Program-made: the position numbers and the translations under genes
Notes under the pieces: generated by a model
The model's database searches: none
What the model was told of the DNA's origin: nothing
Seen by the model: only the letters and a program-made list of their open reading frames with translations
Assembly (NCBI GenBank): GCA_963841735.1
Contig: CAWJDT010000001.1
Coordinates: 992,001-1,056,000 of the forward strand
DNA length: 64,000 bases
Direction of reading: 5' to 3'
Source of the DNA: an uncultured Actinomycetes bacterium
GTDB lineage: Bacteria > Actinomycetota > Thermoleophilia > RBG-16-64-13
Shown: positions 20,711 through 28,975 of the stretch, in pieces
Position numbering within the stretch: the first letter of the stretch is position 1
Layout of the letters: the number at the start of each line of letters is the position of its first letter

Positions 20711-21586
20711 ATGAGTGCGCGAAGGACGGTGATGAAGCGGGAGACGATGAAGACGATGAAGACGATCGTCGAGACGGAGAGCAGGCCCTCTAATCTGCAT
20801 ATCAGCGTGAACGCTCTCGGTTCGGGTCTGGCCCCGCTGAGCCAGCGGGTCGAGCAGAAGTTCTTCGTCGCCCCCCACAGGGAGAGCTTAGCTCTCGCTT
20901 TGCTCCGGAGGACCTGTCGCGCCGAGTGCCTCTACGCGGCCGGCCAAGTGAACAGCCTGTACTTCGACACTCCCGACCTGGAGCAGCACGAACTCTCGGA
21001 TGCGGGGGAGTATGCCAAAGACAAGGTCCGCATACGCTGGTACGGCGGGGAGTGGGATCCACACCGGGTGGACCACGGCCCGGAGGCTGTTGTCAAAGTC
21101 TGGCTGGAGTTGAAGAGTCGGCGGGGTTTTGCCTCCACGAAACAGCGGTCTACCTTGGATGTACCCGCCGCCGCTCTCTCCTTCTCGTCGCTGTCTCGCG
21201 GTATCGTGCCCGCGGTCACTTTGGCGCACACTATGACCGCCTTCGGATTCGTGCCTCGAGGAAAGCTATGCCCGGTGGTAGCCATCTCCTACTGGCGCTA
21301 TCGCTTCGTGGAGCCAGAGACCGGTTTCCGCGTGTCCATCGACTCTCACATCCGCTCGTCCCTGGTCATGGCCGGCCTGGGCCGGGGTGAACGGGGGCTT
21401 GAGCTGCCGGGAGCGATCGTGGAGGTGAAGGGGCCGGCTTTTGAGGTGCCCAGGTCACTCAGACCCATCGTCGAGATAGGCACGTCCTGGACGCGCTACT
21501 CCAAGTATTCGTCAAGTCTGGATGGGCACGCCGCCGCCGGCGGCAGCGTCTCGCGGCTCTGGCCTTCGGGCATGATGGCCGGGTAG
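20711..21586 (+). CDS. VTC / polyphosphate polymerase domain protein (CYTH-like)
   Basis: RVEQKF (ExK), SLYFDT, KVRIRWY, LELKSR, RVSID, IVEVK and SKY motifs. Confidence 0.8.
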   Translation: MSARRTVMKRETMKTMKTIVETESRPSNLHISVNALGSGLAPLSQRVEQKFFVAPHRESLALALLRRTCRAECLYAAGQVNSLYFDTPDLEQHELSDAGEYAKDKVRIRWYGGEWDPHRVDHGPEAVVKVWLELKSRRGFASTKQRSTLDVPAAALSFSSLSRGIVPAVTLAHTMTAFGFVPRGKLCPVVAISYWRYRFVEPETGFRVSIDSHIRSSLVMAGLGRGERGLELPGAIVEVKGPAFEVPRSLRPIVEIGTSWTRYSKYSSSLDGHAAAGGSVSRLWPSGMMAG

Positions 21587-21626
21587 TACGGAACCTAACA
21601 GAAACTAGAGAAGGAAGGGTCGCAAC

Positions 21627-22298
21627 ATGTGGGAGGAAGTCACATCGGTCTGGAACGGGATGCTGTCGTCGCTGGGGGTGACCGAAGCGCTCATCGCCAT
21701 GGGCTTTTCGCTCCTGTTCTCCGTGGTGGTGTACTTCATGTACCAGCTCTTCTATGGGTCGAGGCACATCGGGGCGGGCGTGCACCGTATGTTTCTCGTC
21801 GGTGGACCGGCCATCACCGTTCTGTTTCTTGCCATTCAGACGTCCATCCCCCTTTCCCTCGGCCTGCTGGGTGCCCTGTCTTTCGTGCGCTTCCGTACGC
21901 CGGTTAAGGACCCCGCCGAGATCGGGTTCTTGCTCCTGCTTATCGCCTCGTCCATAGGGTCTTCCTCGGGCAACTTCATGCTGGTAGGCCTCCTGCTAGT
22001 GGCGACCTTCCTTGTCTTGGGTATCAAGTGGCTCCTGCGCGACCGCACTTCCATGGGTGCCAGGGGCAGCCTCATGATCTCTATGACCCAAGAAGACTTC
22101 ACGCGACTTGAGGCCTGTCTCAAGAGCTTTCTGGGCGAGCGGCTCAAGGGGCTCTCGCTCCAGTCGGTGTCCGCGGTAGACGGCCGGGTGAACCTGCAAT
22201 ATCAATACAAGCTGCAGCCCGCCCTAGACTGGGCGGGGTTTGTCAATGAGCTGAATCAGACCACCGCTCCCGCGTTGGTGGAAGTGTTTGTGGGATAG
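21627..22298 (+). CDS. DUF4956 family membrane protein
   Basis: SLGLLGALSFVRFRTPVKDP signature; about 4 TM segments followed by a soluble C-terminal domain. Confidence 0.88.
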   Translation: MWEEVTSVWNGMLSSLGVTEALIAMGFSLLFSVVVYFMYQLFYGSRHIGAGVHRMFLVGGPAITVLFLAIQTSIPLSLGLLGALSFVRFRTPVKDPAEIGFLLLLIASSIGSSSGNFMLVGLLLVATFLVLGIKWLLRDRTSMGARGSLMISMTQEDFTRLEACLKSFLGERLKGLSLQSVSAVDGRVNLQYQYKLQPALDWAGFVNELNQTTAPALVEVFVG

Positions 22299-22329
22299 CG
22301 GTCCGGCAACGCCGGAATGACGTCAAGGA

Positions 22330-24333
22330 GTGGAACCCGTTTTGAAATCGAGATATTCAAATCACATGAAAGCATTGGTGCCTTTGGTAGCGATCGCTCT
22401 AGCGATCGGGTTGGCCGGGTGCTCCGGATCGGAAGACCTTTCCGGTGCCGGCGTGTCCGCGACCTCCAGTAGCGTGACCGCGGGCCTCAGCACCGGCGCC
22501 ACGGCTACAGCGGGGGACGGCGCAACGACCGTCTTGGCGCCTCAGACCGTCTCGTACTCCGACACTGATCTCGATGCCTCCTGGGATGCCTCCACAGCTT
22601 CATATATCACCCTGGCCGGCAGTGCGGCACGTTTCGACGGCACGGGCGCGACCGCGCAGGGGAGCGTGGTCACCATCACGGCGGCCGGCACGTACGTGGT
22701 GTCCGGTACGCTGGACGACGGTCAGATAGTGGTCGACCTGGAAAAGAACGACACAGTGAAGCTGGTTCTGAACGGGGCCAACATCGCCAGTTCCACCAGC
22801 GCTCCCATCTACATCAAGAACGCCGACAAGGTTGTCATCACTCTTGCGGACGGTACTGAGAACAGCGTGACCGATGCAGACGCGTACGTGCTGGAGAGCG
22901 CCGACTCCGATGAGCCCAACGCAGCCGTCTTCAGCAAGAGCGACCTCACTATCAACGGTGCTGGGTCGCTAGCGGTATCGGCCCGCTACAACGATGGCAT
23001 CGTCAGCAAAGACGACCTCAAGATCGTGAGCGGTGCTATCTCGGTCGACGCGGTCAATGACGCCCTCAAGGGCAAGGATCGGCTTGGAGTCAAGGACGGC
23101 ACCCTCACCCTCAACGCGGGGGGCGACGGGATGCAATCGACCAACGATGTCGAGGCCGACCTGGGCTACATCTGCGTAGAGGGCGGCAGTCTGGACATCT
23201 CGGCCGGCAACGACGGGGTCCAGGCTCAGTCTACGCTCCTGGTGTCGGGCGGTGACCTTACCATCACCACCGGAGGCGGCGCCGCCAACGGCCAAGCTCA
23301 CACGGGCGCCGACGATTGGGGGGGTCATGGCCAGGACTTCCCCGTGCAGAGTCCGACCACGGAGTCCCCTGCCGCCATCGACACCAGCGTTTCCGCCGGC
23401 ACCACCGGTGCCGTCTCCGACAGCGCCAAGGGATTGAAGGCCGTCGGTGGCGTCTATATCCAGGGCGGCACGATCACCGTCGACTCTGCCGATGATTCCA
23501 TACACTCCAACAACGCTGTGCAGATCGGCGGGGGGGACATCACCATAAGCTCCGGCGACGACGCCGTCCATGCCGACGCGACTCTGCAGATCGACGGCGG
23601 CCAGCTCGACATCACCAAGTCATACGAGGGCTTGGAGAGCATGATCATCACCATCAACGATGGCACCATCCACATCCAGGCAAGTGACGACGCTATCAAC
23701 GCGGCCGGCGGGGCCGATTCGTCGTCGGCGCTAGGTGTACGCGGCCAAGGCGCCGTGGACGAGAACAACAAGCTCTACCTTAACGGCGGCTACGTTGCCA
23801 TCGACTCTGGCGGAGACGGCATCGACTGCAACGGTCGCGCGTTCATGACGGCCGGCACGTACCTCGTCAACGGTCCCACCAACGACGGCAACGGGGCGAT
23901 CGACACGGGTGAGTTCACGGTCACAGGCGGACTGCTGGTGGCTGCCGGCAGCTCCGGCATGGCAACGGCTCCGAGTGAGACTTCCAGCCAGCTTTCGCTG
24001 ATGGTGAACTTTGACACAGCGCAGGCGGCCGGTACTTTGGTGCACGTCCAAGACGAGAAGGGCGTCGAGGTGCTCACCTTTGCGCCTACCAAGCAGTTCC
24101 AGTCGCTCGTGTTCTGCGCGCCAGTCCTGAAGGAGGGCGCCACCTACACCGTCTACTTGGGCGGCAGCTCGAACGGAACGCTGGCCGACAGCCTGTACTT
24201 CGAGGGGAGCTACACACCAGGTACCGAGTATGCCGCTGTGACGCTCTCCGGTGTCGTCACCATCCACGGCACGGCCGGCGGTGGGCCGGGCGGAGGGATG
24301 ATGCCGGCGGGCGGTACGCGACCCGGCCGCTGA
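22330..24333 (+). CDS. Carbohydrate-binding domain lipoprotein (Cthe_2159/DUF4353-like), long form
   Basis: LAGC lipobox; TITAAGTYVVSGTLDDGQI, DDSIHSN, SYEGLE and GDGID repeats. Start may be 22366. Confidence 0.85.
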   Translation: MEPVLKSRYSNHMKALVPLVAIALAIGLAGCSGSEDLSGAGVSATSSSVTAGLSTGATATAGDGATTVLAPQTVSYSDTDLDASWDASTASYITLAGSAARFDGTGATAQGSVVTITAAGTYVVSGTLDDGQIVVDLEKNDTVKLVLNGANIASSTSAPIYIKNADKVVITLADGTENSVTDADAYVLESADSDEPNAAVFSKSDLTINGAGSLAVSARYNDGIVSKDDLKIVSGAISVDAVNDALKGKDRLGVKDGTLTLNAGGDGMQSTNDVEADLGYICVEGGSLDISAGNDGVQAQSTLLVSGGDLTITTGGGAANGQAHTGADDWGGHGQDFPVQSPTTESPAAIDTSVSAGTTGAVSDSAKGLKAVGGVYIQGGTITVDSADDSIHSNNAVQIGGGDITISSGDDAVHADATLQIDGGQLDITKSYEGLESMIITINDGTIHIQASDDAINAAGGADSSSALGVRGQGAVDENNKLYLNGGYVAIDSGGDGIDCNGRAFMTAGTYLVNGPTNDGNGAIDTGEFTVTGGLLVAAGSSGMATAPSETSSQLSLMVNFDTAQAAGTLVHVQDEKGVEVLTFAPTKQFQSLVFCAPVLKEGATYTVYLGGSSNGTLADSLYFEGSYTPGTEYAAVTLSGVVTIHGTAGGGPGGGMMPAGGTRPGR

Positions 24334-24342
24334 GATGCAAGC

Positions 24343-24371
24343 GGGGCGCGCCGCGTTACGCGGCGCGCCCC
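24343..24371. terminator. GC-rich hairpin between convergent genes
   Basis: GGGGCGCGCCGCG-TTA-CGCGGCGCGCCCC is a perfect 13-bp stem with no U-tract. Confidence 0.65.
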
Positions 24372-24385
24372 TCGGTCGCTCGGTG

Positions 24386-25654
24386 TCAGCCGAGCGGCGC
24401 CAAGGCGTTGTCGATATCGGCGACCAGATCGGCTGCGTCCTCCAGCCCCACCGAGAGCCGGAAGACTCCCTTGCCGGCGAAGGCCCGGTAGGATTCCTCT
24501 TGCTTGGGTGTCAGGTGGAAGGATGAACGCAGCAGGTCGTCTGTGGGCAGATAGCAGATCAGGGAGCGGTTATGCCCCAGGGACACGGCGTAGTGGATGA
24601 TCTCCATTCGCTCGGAGAGCAGTCGGGCGGCCGCGGGACCATCGTCCACCTGAAACGTCAACATGCCCGAGAAGTTGCCCATCTGGCGGACGGCCAGACC
24701 ATGTTGAGGGTGAGAGGGGAGCCCGGGGTACATGACCCGCGTGATCTTGGGGTGGGCCTCAAGATGCTGGGCGACGGCCAGCGCACCTTCCTGGTGGGCG
24801 GCCATCCTTATGGGTAGCGTAGTCACGCCGCGCATTATGAGCCAGGCATTGAATGGGGAGATGATGCCCCCAGTGTGGATGGCCATGGCGCGGAGCTTGT
24901 TCATCTGCTCGCTCCGCCCGCTGACCGCGCCCCCGATCGCGTCGCCGTGCCCGCAGATGTACTTGGTGAGCGACTGGACAACGTAGTCGGCGCCCAGCTC
25001 GAAGGGACGTAGTCCCATGGGTGTGGCGAACGTGGAATCAACCGCTATCGGGACGCCCACGCCGTGGGCGATTTTGGCCACCGCAGACACGTCGGTGAGA
25101 CGGAGTAGGGGGTTGACCGGGGTCTCCAGGTAGACCAGACGGGTGTTGGGACAAAGGGCGGCGCGCACGTTCTCGGGATCGGAGGTATCGACCCGGGTGA
25201 CCGCGATGCCCAGGTCGGGGAGCTTCTGGTTGGCGAACTCAGAGGCGGCGGCGTAGGTTATGTCGCTCATCACTAGGTGGTCGCCGGCTTTGAGCGTATG
25301 CAAGAGCAGAGCGGCTATCGCGGCCACCCCGCTACCAAAGGCCACGCACGCCTCGGCACCTTCGAGTACGGCGAGCTTCTGTTCGAGCTGGGCGATGGTG
25401 GGATTGCCCCACCGCGTGTAGACGAACGGAGTGTCTTCCGACATATCGTCGGCCGAGAAAGATATGCCCGGCTCGATGACGAAGGTGGTCGACATCACAA
25501 GGTCTGGGGCCGACGCTCCGGTGAGTGGATTGGCGGGGGTGCCGGCATGGATGGCGGCGGTTTTGACACCCACGGGCCGCGCTGCACCGGCGGGCTGAGC
25601 CTGATTGGGAGTGAGGGGCGTCTTCAAGTGATCTCCAGTGGTCTTCTTGCGCAT
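24386..25654 (-). CDS. Cys/Met metabolism PLP enzyme (cystathionine gamma-synthase/lyase family)
   Basis: YTRWGNPT, YLETPVNP, VDSTFATP, SLTKYICGHGD and RLSVGLE motifs. Confidence 0.9.
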   Translation of the reverse strand: MRKKTTGDHLKTPLTPNQAQPAGAARPVGVKTAAIHAGTPANPLTGASAPDLVMSTTFVIEPGISFSADDMSEDTPFVYTRWGNPTIAQLEQKLAVLEGAEACVAFGSGVAAIAALLLHTLKAGDHLVMSDITYAAASEFANQKLPDLGIAVTRVDTSDPENVRAALCPNTRLVYLETPVNPLLRLTDVSAVAKIAHGVGVPIAVDSTFATPMGLRPFELGADYVVQSLTKYICGHGDAIGGAVSGRSEQMNKLRAMAIHTGGIISPFNAWLIMRGVTTLPIRMAAHQEGALAVAQHLEAHPKITRVMYPGLPSHPQHGLAVRQMGNFSGMLTFQVDDGPAAARLLSERMEIIHYAVSLGHNRSLICYLPTDDLLRSSFHLTPKQEESYRAFAGKGVFRLSVGLEDAADLVADIDNALAPLG

Positions 25655-25725
25655 CGGGCCCATTGTGACATAGAGTGGAAGCGTCGGGGACCGTGTGGTC
25701 CTGGTCTGAGTGTATTGGAGGGGAC

Positions 25726-26202
25726 ATGGCGAACTGCAGGACGTGCGGCGCACCGATCAACCCACAAGAACGGTTCTGCGGCTATTGTGGTGCAGATCAA
25801 ATGGCGGCCCCGCCGCAGGCTGCCTACGCTTCCATGCCGGCGCGTGCGAGTGGCGGCGGCACCTTGGCCCGGGCGGCCATGGGCTTGGGTATAGCCGGAG
25901 GTCTGCTTGGCATCGTTTGGGGGGCACTTGGCCCGTTCCTGACCAACCAATGGCCAGGCTCGTTCCAGTGGGGTGTGTACGGTACGTCGGGCCTCAGGTG
26001 GGTCTGGGTGCCCTTGGTCATTGGGCTGGTGCTCGGCGTCTTTGGGATCATCGGCGGCGCCGTGGCTCCCAAGAATAGGGGAGTGGCCGCGGTTATCCTC
26101 CTGGTGTGCGGTGTCGTGGGATTTCTCGTGGGCCCGTCGTGGGTCCCCGCGGGGACGCTGCTACTGGCGGCCGCGGGACTGGCGATGGCCGACAAGGGCT
26201 GA
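25726..26202 (+). CDS. Zinc-ribbon domain membrane protein
   Basis: CRTCG..FCGYCG N-terminus followed by 3-4 TM segments; GGAGG RBS. Confidence 0.8.
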   Translation: MANCRTCGAPINPQERFCGYCGADQMAAPPQAAYASMPARASGGGTLARAAMGLGIAGGLLGIVWGALGPFLTNQWPGSFQWGVYGTSGLRWVWVPLVIGLVLGVFGIIGGAVAPKNRGVAAVILLVCGVVGFLVGPSWVPAGTLLLAAAGLAMADKG

Positions 26203-26268
26203 ACGAGTACCCGCATAATCGGCCGACGGAACCCGACTACGCGGAGGCCCATATCTTGAGGCAGACTT

Positions 26269-27201
26269 TCAGGCGACGAACAGGATGTCGCTGATGTCGC
26301 GCTGGCCGCCTTTGTTGACCGGGCTGTTGACCACCTCGCCATTGAAATACATGGTGGACGAGCCACCGCCGTCCAGGTTGTAAGCCGTGGTGCAGCCCAG
26401 GTCCTTGAAGATCTGGGCGAACTCCTCCTCAGTGACTCCCTTGCTGTACCCGGAGTCGCGGCCGTCGACCACGACGAACACAAAGTGGTTGTCGGCTAGG
26501 AGGCCGATCCCGGTGCGCGGGTTTCTTCCCTGGACGGGGTGCTGCGGGTTCTGTTCGACCTCGTAGGTGCTCACGTTGTCGGGTATCGCGCCGTCTATCA
26601 AGAGGGCGGGGCCGAACGAGTAGGTATTCCACACCCCTCGGTCCAGGAGTTCTTGGGCTGAGCTCTGGGTTTCGTCGAATGTCTCCATGCGCCCGTCTTT
26701 GTAGAGGGCAAGGCCTGTGCGCACCGGTTCATCCCGGTAGATCTCGCCGTTTCTGATGATGATGCCGTCATCTCTTGCGCCGAAGAAGTCCCCGTTGATC
26801 GCGAAGATTGCGCCATTGGCTTCGGCTATGGCCGAGGTGTCCGCCGTGCCCTGACCGTTGTCGGCCAGTCCGGCTTGGAGCAGGGCGCCTGGGGCGAGGC
26901 TGACATCGGCGACGTAGTAGGTGATGGTATCCACCCCGTTGCCGGTCGAGACCTTGGCGACGGTGATCGAAGCCGTGTCACTCGAGTAATGGTCCGCAGC
27001 CACCGCAGTGGACGGCACGAGCGCTGAATCGGTGAGCAGGGGTCCGGTCGCAGGGTCGTCTGGAGTGGTGACGGGGGTCGTCACCGCGGCAGCCTCTGAT
27101 CCGCCGCCGGCAAAGCGGTCGATGAGCAAGTACGCCACCAACCCCAGCACTACTACCGCCAGCAGGCACACACCCGCGACTATGACCCTCTTGTTCATCA
27201 T
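26269..27201 (-). CDS. Phosphodiester glycosidase (NAGPA/EpsL-like) family exported protein
   Basis: AINGDFF, SFGPAL, NPRTGIG, VDGR and AYNLDGGGS motifs; N-terminal TM. Confidence 0.88.
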   Translation of the reverse strand: MMNKRVIVAGVCLLAVVVLGLVAYLLIDRFAGGGSEAAAVTTPVTTPDDPATGPLLTDSALVPSTAVAADHYSSDTASITVAKVSTGNGVDTITYYVADVSLAPGALLQAGLADNGQGTADTSAIAEANGAIFAINGDFFGARDDGIIIRNGEIYRDEPVRTGLALYKDGRMETFDETQSSAQELLDRGVWNTYSFGPALLIDGAIPDNVSTYEVEQNPQHPVQGRNPRTGIGLLADNHFVFVVVDGRDSGYSKGVTEEEFAQIFKDLGCTTAYNLDGGGSSTMYFNGEVVNSPVNKGGQRDISDILFVA

Positions 27202-27289
27202 CTACTGCGCCTCGGTCTTCTGGTGCCGGTAAGTCTTTTGACCATGGCCTCAGGCTAGCTGCGGGCGGCTAAAGAGAGCGTAAGCACGG

Positions 27290-27314
27290 GACGGCCGCGC
27301 TCTGCGCGGCCGTC
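27290..27314. terminator. Hairpin downstream of the Kelch gene
   Basis: GACGGCCGCGC-TCT-GCGCGGCCGTC forms an 11-bp stem. Confidence 0.5.
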
Positions 27315-27377
27315 TCCGTTGCGGTCAAAGGCGAGGGTTCGGTGCGGCTCCGGCTCAGCCCCGGCGAATGTCGGCGG

Positions 27378-28811
27378 TCAGCTGCCGTATGCCCAAGTGT
27401 CACCTAGGTCGCGATCGCCGGGCTCGTCCATCCCCCCGAAGAGGATGAATTTGCGGTTCGTTTCGTCATAGACCATCGAATAGCCATCCCGGCCATCAGG
27501 CGCGCCGCCCGCCGGGCTCACGTCGGTCCAGATGTTCGCGGCGGGATCGTAGGCCCAGGTGTCGTTGAGTTCGTTGTTGTCATCCCAGCCACCGAAGAGG
27601 ACGACCCGGCGGAGCACGGGGTCGTAGACGGCATGGTGGCCTCCTCGGGCCGAAGGCGACCCGGCTGGGGTGACTTCCGTCCAGGCATTGGCGATCGGGT
27701 CGTAGAGCCATGTGTCGCCGAGCATCGTGCCGTCGGCCCATCCTCCAAAGAGGATCATGTTGGAGGCAATCGGGTCGTAGACCATGGAGTAGCGATCACG
27801 CCCCGAAGGGACGTCGCTCGCGGGGCTCATATTGGTCCAAGTCTCTGTGGAGGGGTAGAAGGCCCAAGTGTCACTGAGCTGGGCGCCGTTGTCGTCGTAA
27901 CCCCCGAACATGATCAGCGCGCCGGTGTCGGGGGCGAGCACCAGAGAAGCTCCTTCACGCGGGGAGGGTAGATCGCCGGTAGGGGTGATTTCGGTCCAGG
28001 TGTTCGCGGCGGGATCGTAGGCCCAGGTGTCGTTGAGCTCGAGGTCACCGGTGGAATCGTACCCACCGAACATGATCAGCTTACCCGTACCAGGGTCGTA
28101 GGCCAGGGCGTGTCCTGTGCGGGCAGTCGGTAGGCTGCCGGCGGGGCTGAGCTCTGCCCAGGCGTTGGAGGCGGGCTCGTACATCCAAGTATCACCGAAG
28201 CTCTCCGCGATGCTCCATCCTCCAAAGAGGAACACTTGCCGGCGTGTCGGGTCGTAGGCCATGGCATGGCCGGTGCGTGCTGTTGGCACATCGCCGCTTG
28301 GGTTCAAATCGGTCCAGAAGGCGGGAGCTGGTGGGGAGGTCGTGGTGGTCGTCGTCGTGGTGCGTTTGGTGGTCGCGGTCGTGCCACCAGTGTCGCCGTC
28401 GTCACCTCTCAGTCCGAAGAAGAGCCCGAGGGCCGTCCCGGCCAGCACCAGTACTATGAGGGGGATCAGCCAGGCCAACAACGAAGAAGCACCCTTCTTC
28501 GGGGGGCCGTACTGCCCTGGATAGGGCTGATAGTAAGCGGCGGGCGGGGCCTGCCACTGGCCTCCCGGCTGACCGCCGGCAGGATAGGCACCCTGCTGAC
28601 CGGCAATCGGCGCTGCCGGAAGAAGCCCTGGGATCTGTCCGGTCGGTACCCATTGGGGCAACTGTGGATTCCAGACCATGTCGGTGGAAGAGAGCGCGCC
28701 GGTCTGGGCCAGCGAGAGCAACTGCTCCCACGACACCGGACCCATCTGCTGTCCTGCTGACGCGCCGGCCTTGGAGTAGTACCAACTCGAAATCACAGAG
28801 TCCCCGTTCAC
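27378..28811 (-). CDS. GYF_2(DUF4339)-TM-Kelch beta-propeller protein
   Basis: WYY..QQMGPVS..LAQTG..VW (GYF_2), a Pro/Gln-rich linker, one TM, a Thr-rich stalk and six P.AR.GH..YDP..LFGG..DTW.YDP repeats. Confidence 0.85.
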   Translation of the reverse strand: MNGDSVISSWYYSKAGASAGQQMGPVSWEQLLSLAQTGALSSTDMVWNPQLPQWVPTGQIPGLLPAAPIAGQQGAYPAGGQPGGQWQAPPAAYYQPYPGQYGPPKKGASSLLAWLIPLIVLVLAGTALGLFFGLRGDDGDTGGTTATTKRTTTTTTTTSPPAPAFWTDLNPSGDVPTARTGHAMAYDPTRRQVFLFGGWSIAESFGDTWMYEPASNAWAELSPAGSLPTARTGHALAYDPGTGKLIMFGGYDSTGDLELNDTWAYDPAANTWTEITPTGDLPSPREGASLVLAPDTGALIMFGGYDDNGAQLSDTWAFYPSTETWTNMSPASDVPSGRDRYSMVYDPIASNMILFGGWADGTMLGDTWLYDPIANAWTEVTPAGSPSARGGHHAVYDPVLRRVVLFGGWDDNNELNDTWAYDPAANIWTDVSPAGGAPDGRDGYSMVYDETNRKFILFGGMDEPGDRDLGDTWAYGS

Positions 28812-28975
28812 TGCCGCCTCCCAACACGTCGCTCGATCGACCCGCTGGTCTTCAGTATATGACGATACTCTGTACTAGTGGCGCCGACTCTGGCAAGCTA
28901 GGGGCGGCGCTGTAGGCGGCGCCCTGACGAGGCCACGTGGCGTCGTAGGCGGTTCCGGGGAAAGGGTGGATCATC

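Noticed and set aside
24386-25654. Specific call as methionine gamma-lyase
   Set aside because: The YGC motif typical of methionine gamma-lyases reads YAA here, so only the family is assigned.
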